A DNA stretch of 64,000 bases, from assembly GCF_018350175.1 (NCBI RefSeq), contig NC_058368.1:125924001-125988000 (forward strand). Direction: 5' to 3'. Each line of letters starts with the position of its first letter. Position 1 is the stretch's first letter. The notes under the pieces are model-generated. The model had not been told where the DNA came from and searched no databases. It saw only the letters and a list, made by a program, of their open reading frames with translations. Both the position numbers and the translations under genes were made by a program. Source of the DNA: Felis catus. Its lineage: Eukaryota. Shown here piece after piece: positions 36,701 to 50,515 of this stretch.

Positions 36701-39700
36701 GAGTCCCCAGATTTCTTCTATTCCATTTGCTCTGGAGACTTAGCCACTGGCCCAATGGAATGTTAGGCTGCTGGCACCCCTGTCTTGTTTCCTGGCAGCT
36801 GTGGCCGTCTCAGTCTCCTGTGAGCCTGTGGAACCCAAGTCCCCCTCTACCACACTGCAGACTGTGGCCATTTTTGCCACTTTAAGATGCAGATGAAGCC
36901 TAGCACTCCATTGCAGTTGTGGATTTTGGCTTTCCCATCAGAAAGGAAGGATTCGTTAGAGATTATGTATAAAAAAAAACTGCTTGATAAAATGCTATTC
37001 TCCTCTTCTCCCTGTTAGACTGTTGGGAGATACAGAGGTTCCAGTTGCCATGACATGATTTCACTCTCTGAGTCTAGCAAGTCCTTGAACCAGGAATAGC
37101 ATCTAGTCTATTTTCACATTCTCCATTGTTTAGCAGTGTTTTATACATAGAAGGGACCCAAGAAATGTTGGCTTGCTTGCTGACTGAACACAGAATGTAA
37201 TATTTTTCCTCTTCCACATTTAGACTCTGATGGCGTGACCAGATTGAAACTATGGTGTGTAAAGTGATCCCATGTTGCTAATGATCCGCATGGTATCTTA
37301 ATGTGGTAGCCTGTGATTCCATGGAAGAAAGTGTGGAGACAAAGCCAGCTCAACTGATGAAGCTAACCTAATGTATTAATAATTTCCTGATTCTGAATGG
37401 AACTGTGACAGACCTTATCTTTGTGGAAAGTAATGAGACATTTTAAATGATTTTTAAAGATTATTTTTCTTCCATTTTTCTCTTCTCATTCCTTGATAAC
37501 ATTCTTTCCTGCCTCCTCCGCTCCCCCAGTCACTGTACCTTGATATCTCTTTCACTTTTCAATGTGAAGGGAATTTCTGCCCCCCTCCATACATATGCTT
37601 GGTACCAGGGTGATGGTTCCCCTCTACTCAAGCCAGCCAGCAAATTTAAAATGTATGACAGAGGCAAGAATGCCTGCTGTTCCTCCTGGTTACCATCACC
37701 CATGTAAACTTTCAGTTTGCTTCCCCTCTCTCCTCCAGTGTTGCTGTCACTGCTCTGGGGGTGGGGGACCTCACAAAAATGCATTCCTCAGCATCCTGGG
37801 CTCTGTGTCCAAACCTCTTCTAATGCATTTCATTTATGTCTCATCTCAACAATGCATTCCTGTGCTCAAGCCCCAAAACTCGTAATTACCAATAACTGTG
37901 CCTCCTCCAAAGCCTTGATTTCAACTGTACCTCCCTCTTCACTAACCAGAATTTCTTGTCTTCCCAACTAACTTCTTGTAGTTTGTCAACTGAAGCATTT
38001 CTTCAAACTCAATGGGCCCTCAATACATGTGTATTTCCTCCCTCGAGGTCATTATTTTCCTTCTCACCCAACCTAGATTTTGTGTGCTTTCCTGTGCTCC
38101 TTGCTCTTCTCTATTCTGTTTGCCTATAAAGCTTTCGGCCCTGATGAGATTTAACTTTTCAACTGCTTCCCACTTATGCCTGTATGGATGAACATAGCTA
38201 GGGAAAATCATGCAATGACAAATTTATGGTCATAAATACCAAGGAAGCCCCATCATTATCAGACAGCCCTACCCTGTTGTCCTAATTCGTTCACAGTGCC
38301 CACCACCCCAACCCTCCAAATCATTGAGAAAATAATTTCACTTCTCAAAATTCCTGAACTACTTCCTCTTCCTCTTTTTTTTTTTTTAAGACAAATCAAC
38401 TCATGTTAGCAGTAGACAAAACACAAGTTCAAAGATAAAATTATCAATAATTTCAAGATCGTGACTGCAGAATATTGTGCTGAAGGTGGGGCCCTCCTGA
38501 ACCTAGGCCCTGTGTGACTGTAGTCACTATGGCCCGTGAAGCTGCCGAATGGTAGCTTTCCTCCCAAAATATGTTTAAAGGTTAGTTCAAATAAGTTAAA
38601 ATCCTTCCTGTACAGTTTAATTTAGTGGAATCCATAGCATGGTTATAGCCATGAGAATAGAAGCATGAAGGCACGAAACAAACAGGGGAAAGAATACAGT
38701 TGCATTCAAACACAATAGATTGTTGATTGTCAGATAGGGAAATAACTGTGATCAGTGTGCATCTGTGTGGTTTTGTTAATTAAAAATAATGTACAGCAAT
38801 CTATGTCTTTATGTAATAAGCTATCCTGGTCATCACAGACCTGTTCCCTGATGATGCCTAGGATAATTTGCATAGGATAGATGCTACTGATGCATCATTT
38901 CTGAAGGATTCCTGGCATAGGACAGTTAAAGGTCTTGTGGAACCTGCCTAGAAGAGCAGTGGCTTAGCTGCATGAAACCCTGGGCAGCCTCCATGGTATG
39001 TTTCTCAGGTGTAGTCAACACACAAAGAGCCCCAGGAACCTATAAAAGAGCCATCCCCTGGCCAGGTAAACACAGTGAGGCCAACTCTAGCCAAATGGGC
39101 TGGAGAAAGAATTCCTTCTGTGAGTGTTTGCTCTACAGTCCAGAATGTCAAGTTTAACAAAAGCAAGTCTTTTTGAAAATAGACCATAATCCCTTTCAAT
39201 CATAAAGCATCATTTCAAAACCCAAGTTTTTATGGCAAGATTTATCCTAATTATAAAATAATCCCTGTTATTGTGATGCCTTTCTGTCAGTATGCCAGTT
39301 CCATAGGTGGAGGCAATCTGGTTACCCCTTAGGAGCCCTGGGCTGGGCAATCATTGCACCCTATAGCTGAGAGAGCAAGTGAATAGGACTTATGACTCCA
39401 AGCTAGGAGGAGGGCTTTTGTGTTAGCAGATTTACTGCTCATACTGTGCAATCCTCTTAAGTCCTGGACAATATTAAATAAAGCTACTAGTACACTAGTA
39501 CAATGAAGTTTTGTGGTAATTTACATGAAAATGGGTACCATGCTTTCAGGACATGCTTGTCTAATTTTTATCTGCATGTAGATGCCCCTGATTTGTATTT
39601 TTAAAACTGTAATTTCTCTTGGAGTTAAAAATGTATCCTGTTAAAGTAACTGAGGCCATTTCTCTTTTGGGAAAATGCAATTATTTTTTAATATTGTGAG

Positions 39701-39907
39701 GTGTTACTTTAATAATTGTGTTTGTTTTGGCTTTTCCCCTTATGACACTGGGAAGAGGATTAAGTTTAGTTATCATACAGATGGAAATCAGAATGGTGAT
39801 TATTCATTTTGTTTTGTCTTTCCATCTTTCCTGGAAGGTGATATATTATTTTCCTACATCGTACACATCTTCCCCACATTCTTTTTAAAGAGTTAACATA
39901 CATGTCC

Positions 39908-39951
39908 TTGTTGTTGTTGTTGTTGTTGTTGTCGCTGCTGCTGCTGCTGCT
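39908..39951. repeat. Compound (TTG)n-TCG-(CTG)n trinucleotide repeat
   Basis: Direct reading. Confidence 0.92.
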
Positions 39952-40664
39952 TCTTGTTTTGGTGGGGAGGGGGTAATGGATAATTGTGGAAATAAACCTA
40001 TAGGTGATGAAAATCCTCAGATTAGTTTTTCCTGACTGGAGGTCACACAGAGTCCCTGCTGTGGTTCTGCCTAAAGGAATTGAAGTTCTTTTTCTTAATA
40101 AATACTTTGTTCTTCTTCAGCTCCCTTCCCCAGCATGTGAGAACTGAAATAGTTGGGATTCACTGAAAGGCAACCAGGTAATTTTCACAAGGCACCTGGT
40201 AACCCTATCCTTACTCTAAGGTGGTTTTTCGTATTTAGATTTGGTTAAATATAAGACAAGTAGAGTCAGGTTCCAGCTGTCTGTTAATTTCATCATAAGA
40301 TTCTTCCTGGCTACTGTACAAACTGATTTACAAGTAAGCAAGCAACCAATAAGAGAACAAAAACTGCATTTCCAAGCACAGATTGTATTCACATCTGAAG
40401 AAGCGATTGAGTTGTGTGAACGGTATTTCAAATCTCAGTATTTCAAATCTCAAAATAACAGAAGAGAATGTGTGGGGCTCAACCCTTCCTTCCCGAGAGC
40501 CCTAAGGTTGGTGGTGACTTTGCCCATGGTATAACCAAGGTCCTTGAGCCCTGTTAGCCTGTGCTCTGTCATGGGGTATGATTGTGGGGCTAGAGTTCAG
40601 GCAGAGAGAGGATCACAATATTTTTAAACTGGCCCATACCCCATTTCCTAAGGACACTCAGGTA

Positions 40665-40915
40665 GGGCATCTGGTGTCTGGAAGAGAACACGGTTTCTGA
40701 AGCAACGCTGCAATTTAAACCTCAGGTTTCCCATTTATTAGCACTGTGACCTTAGGCCAATTACCTGAGCCTGACTGTCTTCGTCTCTGAAATGAGAGTC
40801 ATAAAGCTTGCCTTAGAGAATCTCAACAATTACATTTTTCTTTTGATGCCTACTACTTGTCTCTTCTACAGTTATAGTTGAGTGGGAACAACATGTTTAA
40901 AGTGCTAAGCACAGA
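40665..40915 (+). mobile_element. MIR fragment
   Basis: ctgtgaccttaggccaattac...tctctgaaatgag...aaagtgctaagcacag. Confidence 0.6.
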
Positions 40916-42789
40916 CTCAAGAAGGCAAAAAACATAAGTGGCGGGAAGGGATAGAGTTGCATTCTACCAAGTAAATCCCTATTTAGGGCGTTACCTATTC
41001 AGGGTGTTTGGTAAGAGTTGGTGTCTATACAGATAATCTCACTAAACTAACCAACTGAATACAACTGCAACATAATTACTAGTTGTGGTTGAATCTGTTG
41101 AAGTTACTAAAATTTAGGACTGATGTATTTCTTAAAGAAAAACTCATTCAAACTTTGACAGATGGAACAAGGCAAGGGGTGGGCTGGACAAGTGGCTTCC
41201 ACAGGACTTCCAGCTCCTAAATGGCACCTCCAACCCTAGATGCCAGATTTCCCGATTCTAAATTCACTCTTTCCCCCATGACACCATGCCTCTGATAACA
41301 TGGAGAAAAAAGTCTACACTCATTAAATGTTGTTTGTAGAATTATAGCGTTTTATGTTGCTGGCAGTCCTGACGCCGATTTAAGGAAAACATCGAATTAT
41401 CTATAATCTTCAAATACCTATACCTACGTGGAAAACCCCATGGATTAAACTGTCTAAGTTTCTGACACTAGGCTTTCCAATTCCTGCTGGGGCGGATTTA
41501 TTCGTTTGTCCCTTTAAGGGTCTAACCCTTCTTTGGCAGTTTATTTCCCTAAATCTTGATTCCCATCTCCAACCTTACCCGCTCCTGAATAGAGCGGGTA
41601 CCTTCTTCAGAAGGTACACTGTTTTCTTTTCAAATTTGGTAACTTTGGCCACAGGCCTCACAATGGCAAATCATTACTTAATAGCTGCTGTGAGCTTCTT
41701 AGAGCCATACTGATCAGTTCAGGTCTGCGGTAATTATGAGGTACTTTTATTTCCACATCAGGCTTTTCCTCCTTCATTTCTCCAGCCCTCCAGCCTCAAA
41801 CTCCATGGATTTGCCTTAACAACTTCAATCAAACAGCTGCCCTTTACTTTTTGATGTGTTTAATTTTTTGACTCAAATGATTAGGCAAAAAGCCTTGTAA
41901 ACGGCCCTCAAAAAGCTCCAGCCCAACTTCCTGTGAGCTTCCTTTAATCACACATCCTCTGGACTCGTTAAATCTTATCTGTGACAAAAGACATCGCAGA
42001 ACATTTCCTCTCCAGCTGAGGCTTTGCCCCAAGACCACCCCTAACACTTTTGAGTCAGGGCCAAGCTGCAGCCTCAGCAGCATTCACACCCATGACAAGG
42101 GCGAGGAGCTGCTGAGTCCTGGGGTCACACCAGGGCTTTCTCCAGCAGGAAGCTGGTGCTCTTGAGCTGACATGGACACAGAATTTATAAGGTGGGAGGG
42201 CTGAGCCAGAAATGTGTGGAGGACACAGATTGTGTCTTAGGGAGCTGGGCTCTTCCTTAAGTAGTCTCTGCTGAGATACATATGTGCTTGGAAATTGTTC
42301 AAGACATAAGTCAACTCAAGCCAATGAATGTTTGCCAGCTTTACACCTATTCATCTTTCTTCATACACATTGTCACGCTTCCTTCTCAAATAGATTTTGA
42401 CACACATGTTGGAAACGAACAGATTGAAAAATAGACTCTCAGATTGATTAACCATTGTCCAGACTGCAGGGTTTTAATCTTTTCCTTGACCTGCAGCCAC
42501 CCTGTACACCTATACCTCTGAGACTGGTGCCACAGCATGTGGTGGGTGACTGTTTTTTAACATGAGGCAGCTTTATGCTATATAGAGTCTAGTTCACTGT
42601 GTGCATGTGGGGGGGGGGGGCAGGGAAGTAAAATAGTGATCAGCAAGTATTTTGTTCTAGTGGCAGCATTCTGGCCTGCATGGTAACTGAATTTAATCTG
42701 ACTTTATCTGAAATGACTCCAGCAAGAGTTAACAGTTTGGTGTGAGGTAAGTATGTGGCTCTTTCTTCTGAGAGTATAGGACCTACATG

Positions 42790-43012
42790 GGGGACACCTG
42801 GGTGTCTCAGTCGGTTGTGTCCAACTTCAGCTCAAGTCATGATCTTACGGCTCGTGGGTTGGAGCCCCGTATTGGGGTCTGTGCTGACAGCTCAGATCCT
42901 GGAGCCTGCTTCGGATTCCGTGTTTCTATCTCCCTCTGCTCCCCGCCCCCCCACCCCCACTTGTTCTCTCTCTCTCTCTTTCTCAAAAATAAATATACAT
43001 TAAAAAAAAAAA
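42790..43012 (+). mobile_element. Can-SINE (felid type)
   Basis: gggacacctgggtgtctcagtcggtt...ctgtgctgacagctcag, A tail. Confidence 0.9.
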
Positions 43013-43413
43013 GATCTATGTGGGAGTGGGTCAAAAGTTTCTCTTTCCCTCTCTCTCTGTTAGAGATATACTATTTTACATAAAGATAGTCCAGGTATAG
43101 AATGAATTCTCCTGGGTATTATTATACTCCAAGAAATTATAAACCTGTAACTGAAAAGTACAGACTATTAGCTGATTTGGCACTTATCATTTTATTTTAA
43201 TGGTTACTATTACAGATACCCAAGGATATAATAGCAATAAAGCTATTTTCTCTAAAACAGAAATATTCCAAACAAAACAGAGATGACATCTAATCCTTAA
43301 GCCTCAGATAGTGACTTACACGCAAATGTATTTGCCCATTAAAACCCTTTGATCAAAATAGTGCCTTGTTGATAGTGAAAGAGTCTATAGATTTAATAAA
43401 ATATCATATTATT

Positions 43414-43620
43414 TCTTTTTTTTAATGTTTATTTTTGAGAGACAGAGACAGAGCATGAGATGGGGAGGGGCAGAGAGTGAGGGAAACACAGAATTCAAAG
43501 CAGGCTCCAGGCTCCAGGCTGTCAGCACAGAGACCTACATGAAGCTCAAACCCACAAATCATGAGATCATGACCTAAGCTGAAATCAAACACTTAACCAA
43601 CTGAGCCACCCAGGCGCTCC
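43414..43620 (-). mobile_element. Can-SINE (felid type)
   Basis: ctgagccacccaggcgctcc. TSD atcatattatt. Confidence 0.92.
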
Positions 43621-43989
43621 AATCATATTATTGCTTGTGTGATTTCTTTTTCTTAAGAGGTAGGTGTAGGGGACAACCAGGAAGTAAAAACACTGGCTGA
43701 GAATCCTGGAGTCATGCTGATAATTTTTTTCAGAGACACCACAAAGAGGTCTGCCTGCTTGTGGTAAAAAAAAATCAGAAATGTAAGGAGAGGAACTGTT
43801 GGATCCCATAGCTGGTAAGACAAGCATGTCTGAGCACAGTGGACAGTTTGCTGCCTCTGCCAGCACCAACTTCTTCTTTCCCAGCATCTCTTGATTCTTG
43901 AACTTTGGATCCATGTAGCACCAAGGAAGAACTACAGTTCTCCGAGGCAGCATCATCTGATAGACTAAACCAATGAGAGTAAATCTCTT

Positions 43990-44350
43990 AGAGTGAGTGA
44001 ACCAGGGCTGGGCAGGTGACCTCAACTGTCCCAGAACTTTGCCTTGAAATGCTGAGTCAAGCATAATCTTTCTCCACTGCAGACACAAATAATAAAGAAA
44101 TAGCTCAGGGAGCTATTGGCAACATTCTCAGGACCATACGATGAGGTCCTGTCTAAATAAAATAATACAGGAGAATTGGAGCTGGGAAAGAGGGGAAAAG
44201 CCTGAGTATTTGTTATGTATTTTAAGTCAGTAGATTGAGTATCACTTGAAAATAGCCCCATTTGAGACTTTTTAATCAATAAATACCCTTTTTGCTTATG
44301 CCAATTATAGCTAGGTTTTTTGATTTTTGAGACTGAAGGCATGCTAACAA
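43990..44350 (+). mobile_element. Old MLT1-like LTR fragment
   Basis: 3' signature aataaatacccttttt gcttatgcca...ggtttt...ctgaaggcatgctaac. Confidence 0.5.
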
Positions 44351-45399
44351 ACCATTAAATCTGTACAATTACCCTGAACTGTGTTCCACATCCCTGACTC
44401 TGACTTCTTCCTTCATCACTGTCTTGACCTCACCAAAATAGCCAGCTGCGAGAATCCAGATTCCAGTTGGGATCCTTGGAGGTCAGTACTCCATGGAGAG
44501 TAGAGTGTCTGGCTGGAGATCATCATGGCTCTATACAGAATCTGCTGCCACAGAGACAGCAGGGATATCAATATTCTTCTGCCCCTGGGGCTGGATAGAC
44601 TAATGGGCCCATCTGTAGGGCAGGAACAGCCTGAACAGAAAACTGAGTGAGAAGCTAATGAAGAGCTGGATGAGCACCAGGAAACAGAGGACTTGGAATT
44701 AACATGAATTTCCAAAGAGAACAGCAAGTCCAGCTACTCAATAAGGGAATAGACTTTCCTGGAGACTTCATGAAGAGTGATCAAACTTCCCAAACAAAGA
44801 ATATGTCCATATCTCAAAGATATTCCAAGTGGGGTACCACATCTATCCAACAGGGACCTCCATCCTCCCCCCCACCCCCCACCCCACAGTGTTCTCAGGA
44901 GTATATAAGAAGTCTGTGGAGAGTTACTTGCACCTCTTCACCTCTTCAGTTTGCCCCTTCCTGGCATATGGGAAGGAGAGGAAGATCGAGCCAGAGGGGT
45001 GTGAGAGCCCCCTAAATGGACTTGCTGTAACTTTGAGCTCTTAGTGCCTTCCTCCCGCACTAGAAGGTATTCAAGATATTTCCCAGTCTCTTCTTCACAA
45101 CCATAAAATGAAGGCACAGAAGTGACTCAGTTCTGAGTACTATTATCTAGATCAGTATACTGTGACTTTGGGTTTCCAGAAAATTCAACAGTTTGCTCAT
45201 GTTTATACTTCCAGAGGGAAACTTTCTTTTTACAAAAAAAAAAATCAAAACACTTTGTTGATCTTAGGACATAAGAAAGATAGTGCCTTTTAAACTGTCT
45301 GAAGTATGGATGGGACCACTAAAATAATAGAAATGGGATGTATAAAGAAAACCTTATGGAGAAAGAAAAGAATGACAAAGGAAACCTGGTCAGGTTAGT

Positions 45400-45985
45400 C
45401 AAAGGCAGGAAAGAAGAAAAAAGCAAAGAAAACTAAAGGCACAAAAATAAATGGAAATAAGTCTATCAGTGATTATAATAATCATGAGTGAATTAAACTC
45501 ACCAGTTAAACTGATGGTAAAAATTAAGCTTTAATAAATTCAGCCATCAACCACTTATAAAATACACACTTAAAATATGAGAAAGAAAAATTCAAAGTAG
45601 AGAAATAAATAAAAGACATACCAAACAATTACTAATTAATAGTAATATCGTCAAGATAGATTTTAAGGAAGGAACATTGTCAAGGATAGAGAAGCTTGTT
45701 ACATAATCATAAATGAAACAAGTTGCCAAGGAAGCATAATATTCTTAGATGTATGTATACTGAATAACCTATACTCAAGGTATATAAAGCAAAATTTGAG
45801 ATTATTGCAAAGAAAAATAAACAAATCTCCACAATGATGGGTGATTTTAGACATATGGCTGAGAAATGATAGATTTAACAGACAAAAAATTATTAAGGTT
45901 ACAGGAGATTTAAGAAATTCTGTTAACAAACTATCTAATGGACATAATATACTTAATAGAATATTCAATATTTTCAACATACATT
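45400..45985 (+). mobile_element. Ancient L1M fragment (start of ORF2 endonuclease region)
   Basis: A-rich; gaattaaactcaccagttaaa, gatagattttaagg, tatataaagcaaaa, acaaatctccacaatgatgggtgatttt. Confidence 0.6.
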
Positions 45986-46444
45986 AGATAATTATATTCT
46001 GAATGAAGCCTTCATTCTCTTTCCAGTAGTTTCTCAATTGTTGAAATTGTTTGATTTGTTTACTCTGAAGTAAAAGGATAGAATCCATTTCTGCGACAGC
46101 TTCATAATTTCGGTGCATGAATTGAGGAGCCACAGATTCCTCGTACAGGGCCAGGTTAGAGAGGCTGCTGGTCAGGGATCTAGTCTTGTCTAGTCTAGTT
46201 TTGCACAAGAAGAATATATTTTTACTTAGGCTATATGTTTCTTTGACTTAGTGGAGATTATTAGGAGCTAATTGAACTCCCTTGCCTAACAAAGCCACTC
46301 CTTGGTGCTTCTACTATTCATTGAGACCTTGGGACCAATCTTTTTCATGTGCCTTTTACTAAAGTTTCAAAGATTCCTGGTTTGTAGCTGACATGTACAA
46401 GGTAGGGTCTTCTGTTGAAAGGTTTCATGAACAAAATAAGCTTC

Positions 46445-46630
46445 TGCCCATAGGTTCCCATATCTAGCTATCCGTTAGAATCATCTGGAAAGTTTTTACA
46501 GACTCCTAGGCCCCACAAATGATGTTCTCAATGAAAATCTCTTGGGATTAGCTAAAGAAATCTGATTTTTCAAAGCTCCCAGGTTATTCTGATATAGGCA
46601 GTCATCTGTGTAGCATTTGAAAATACTTTT
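46445..46630. mobile_element. MER5-like MITE
   Basis: ttagaatcatctgg...ctaggcccca...aagctcccaggttattctgat. Confidence 0.6.
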
Positions 46631-47055
46631 TAACCAGAGGGCCCGACCTTGAAAATAAAGAAACAGTTTTCATGCCAACTCTGTAACTACCTGCTGCCCT
46701 AACAATTTCCTTAAACTCCTCATATGTTTTCCCATGTGGTACATTTTCTAAATTTGAAAGTTGCTATGTAATTATATCTATAGTTCATCTACCAACCCCA
46801 CTGAGTTTTTTGAAGGATGAGTTAGGTTAGAACTTTCAACCTAAAACCATAGAAATACCTAATTTTTTATAAAGAAAATTTTCTCTTAAATTAATTTACT
46901 TTTCTTGGATTTTTAGAATGATGAAAAGAGGTAAACAAGATGTCTGTGGTTTGTTTCAGGTTTTCACCTAACCACAACTTGCCCATCCTAAAGCAGAAAT
47001 GCTATGGTTTGTAGGGTAAAATGTCTGCCAAGAAAATATGAAGTACCTAAGTAAT

Positions 47056-47056
<1 letters not shown>

Positions 47057-47101
<45 letters not shown>
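47057..47101. repeat. (GT)n microsatellite
   Basis: About 22 perfect units. Confidence 0.97.
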
Positions 47102-47104
<3 letters not shown>

Positions 47105-48234
47105 TGCACATACTATATGAAATATATACAATTTGAAAAGACTTGGATGACAGGGGCTGATTATAATGTGTCTGTTCTGCAGTGGAAAAATTCATAAACT
47201 TAATCATCTGCATAAAGATTTCACAACGTGTTAAAATTAGATGTGTCTTTTACATAAGATGTCACTTGGAATGATTGGTTTCCCAAATCTTAACCTTTCA
47301 GGTTGCAAAATGGTGTAATTCCTGAGGGAGATGATAGCATGATTTCTCACCTGTCAATGTTACCTTATATCCACTTTGTTCACAGTTATGCTCAAGGAAG
47401 GATAAGGGAATGCAAAAATCAAGTTTAGTAAGGTAAAGAATAGCATCATTACCTGGTGGTAAGGAAAAGAACAAATAAGGAGATGTTTGGGAAGAGATGG
47501 ATCATTCTGAGTTATGACCTTATGCAAAATGGAGGCTAGCATTACAAAGACTGCAATTACCAGAGGGGGAATTGTCTCAAACAGCAAAGAATTACAGGGT
47601 TCTGGCTGGGGTGTTGTTCACACACTAGCAGGCAGTAACACATTTCGGAGTGACATCTTTCAACAAGCAGATATAGGTAGGAAGCTCATCACCAGTTTTA
47701 GGGTTCAATTCATGAGCACAGATGTCAGGCCCAGACGGAGTTCTGTGCACAAGCTTACAGCTTTGCCATTTATAAAACTGAGCCATAAGATGCAAATAAG
47801 ATCTGAATGTTGTTTTTCTTCCAAGTCAAATTCAAGACTTGAGAAATTAATCTCTCGTTTTTTGCTTTGAAGCTAAAGTCTGTAGACTGCAAAAGTTGAG
47901 ACCGGTAGCCTCTCTTCATTTCTTTCTTTATATACTTATATAACATAGCAAGCTTTCCCAGAAATAGATGATAAAATTTTCACATCAAAGGTATAGAGCT
48001 AAATTCCTGCAGATTTTAAAGAAGTCTCTTCATTTGAGGAGGAATAATGTTGTCACTTGGCTCTTCTCCAAACAATGGTATTTCTGCTAGGGTCCTTGGT
48101 GATAAGAACGGATACAACAAGTAAAATATTAAAAGGCAAAAAAATGCCTAAAGAAAACATAAATTCACAGCCTATTTTTTCTTCCAATAATATGCTATTA
48201 CAGTTCTTTACAAAAATTAAAGAAAAATGAATAA

Positions 48235-48345
48235 TCATTCAGTTATTCATTTGTTTGACAAAAGTTCTTGCGTAACTACTTTGTGTCAGGCATACTGTTA
48301 GAACCTGAGAATGCAAAAGTATGACGAATTTTCTCCTTGCACAGG
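48235..48345 (-). mobile_element. L2 3' end fragment
   Basis: cattcagttattcatttgtttgacaaa...tactttgtgtcaggcatactgt. Confidence 0.5.
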
Positions 48346-50359
48346 AATCCATTCTTGAGAGAGCTTGACATAATATGATCATAGATTATTATTACTATTA
48401 CTATTGCTCTGAAATATAGTAATAAATGCTCTAATCAAGGTGTACAGAATTTTTGGGAAAGCAGAAAGGAGAATGCATTTAAGTGCACTGAATAGATGGG
48501 GGTAGGATTAATAGGCATGGATGAAGAAGACATTGTAACTGGAGAAATTACACTGGGGAGAGCAGAGGGGCACATGCTTCTGAGGTCAATTATCACAACC
48601 TTTGTTCTCGATTGAGGAAATTTTTACTGTCTCCTCTATGGACCTTAAGACAGTAGAGCTGAAAATGGTGAACTGAATTTTATCGTCATCCTTGTTACAA
48701 GCTAAATGATCTGTAGTACCAGATCTCTCATCATAAATTTTAAAGTCTTTCATTGGAAAATCACCCTTAAATAGATTGTCATGTTTGAAACTTGTACTGT
48801 TGGGAGTATTGTAAAGATCAAAGCCTTAGTGATATGAAACCAAGATGTTCTGATAAAATTGATTAATATTTAGGTCAACTCATTGGATAGTTACCTTAAA
48901 AAGTCCGTTGCAAGTTGGAGAAGAGGATCCTTTGACAGGGCCAACCTGGTTTGTCTCTGATTTTGTTCACTTACCTGTTGACCATCTCCCTGTCTCTAGG
49001 ACAAAATCTTATCTAGAGCTAGAGATATTTACAGAGTTCCAGCGTGGAGTTCAGAGACCTAGTTATGACCTTGAACACTTATTCTGTAAACTGGAATTCT
49101 GCCTTTTACTATGATTGAGACATCACCTTTGATCTCAATTGTTATAAGAACATTCTCTTCTTGTTCCTATGTTTGTGTATTAGTTTTGAAAATGTGCCCA
49201 CTGCAGAAATATCTTTAACATCTGAAGCATGCTCCTGAAAATTTATTATGGTCAGGGTCTTATTCCCTCAAGAGAGATGTCCTCGATAGTTATAGCCTAC
49301 AACTCTGATTACAGCTAGATCCTAAAGTCTTTGTCATGAATCCACAGCTGCATTTTGGAAAATTCCTCTGCTCTTGTTTACAAATCCTTGATATACATGG
49401 TGGTTCTGGAACTACCTGTCAGCTTCATTGTTTTAGATATCATGGCTCTAGATATTATGAAATTCCTACCAGACTGAAATTCCTTCCAGTAGTAGGACTG
49501 AGACTTTTCCTTGTAAGCTTCTACCCTTTATTAGTTTGATTTACATTTTTTAAGAATGCAAACTTAGCCCAACAAAGGAGAACAAACCAAATATTATTAA
49601 CACCATGTTAAGATTCTGACACAGATGTTCTATACCTTCTTGCATTGGCCATTCCTCAACTTATCCCCCAATGACTTAATGAACTGCTGGATTGATTCTC
49701 TCAGTGCTCCACCTGGGTGATAATTGGTCTTCTGGATTATTGCGTATCTTTTTGATCTCTTTGGAATCTTCAACTAGTGTAAATTGCCCTTTCTTCCATC
49801 CCCATCCGGATATAATCCAGACAACCTTGCTGTAAAGGCTGTGGCTCAACTGCAATGTAGGTGATAGGGTGTCTAGTTCTAGGTCCTGCATGTCCTAACT
49901 CCTCACAGCTGATACTTTGTCACCAAGTGATGGGGCACAGAAAGTCGTTCCTTAGTGTTCTGTGGCTTGGAAAGGAAGTTGTAGAGAAAGCAGAAGGGGA
50001 AAAGAAGCTGTAAAGTTTGACTCAGTGGTCCATGATTTCTCTCCCACAATTTTTGTGGAGCCAGTTCTAGACCCATTTCTTGTAGGAGATCCTCTCTCAC
50101 CTCCACTGCCCCTCTAAGCTCATCCTCTCCCCTTCCTGGGAATTCAGACTTCACTGCCTGTCCCAGCCCATTTGTTCTAGGTTTAGCACAGAGACTCAAT
50201 GCAATGAAGGTTGTGCCCATCCTCTATTCTCTCTACCCAGGCTCCTCTCTTAAAAACAAGCTCCATTACTAGATAAACCTGATCATACTCTAGTGGCCCC
50301 ACAGGCCATGCCTACTTCCTTCATGTGACCAACACATTGATCATGAATACTTATAGTTT

Positions 50360-50515
50360 GCAGAAAAGAATCATAAGCAGCACTTATTAAAAATGCATAT
50401 TTTCAGGCCCCTTACCAGATTTGTGAGTCAGAGTTTCTAAGACTAAGACAAGAAAAGACTTTTTTAAAGAAACATCCCTGGTGATTCATAGGCATATAAA
50501 GTTCTGAGAAGTATT
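50360..50515. mobile_element. MER5-like MITE
   Basis: agaatca...ttattaaaaatgcatatttt.aggcccc...ccctggtgattc...gttctgagaa. Confidence 0.6.

Noticed and set aside
40121..40177. AG...GT-bounded 57-nt segment
   Set aside because: Stops in all three frames and only a moderate donor; such pseudo-exons are common in long introns.
43585..44088. 167-aa minus-strand ORF
   Set aside because: Runs from an LTR-like fragment into a SINE head; no recognisable domain.
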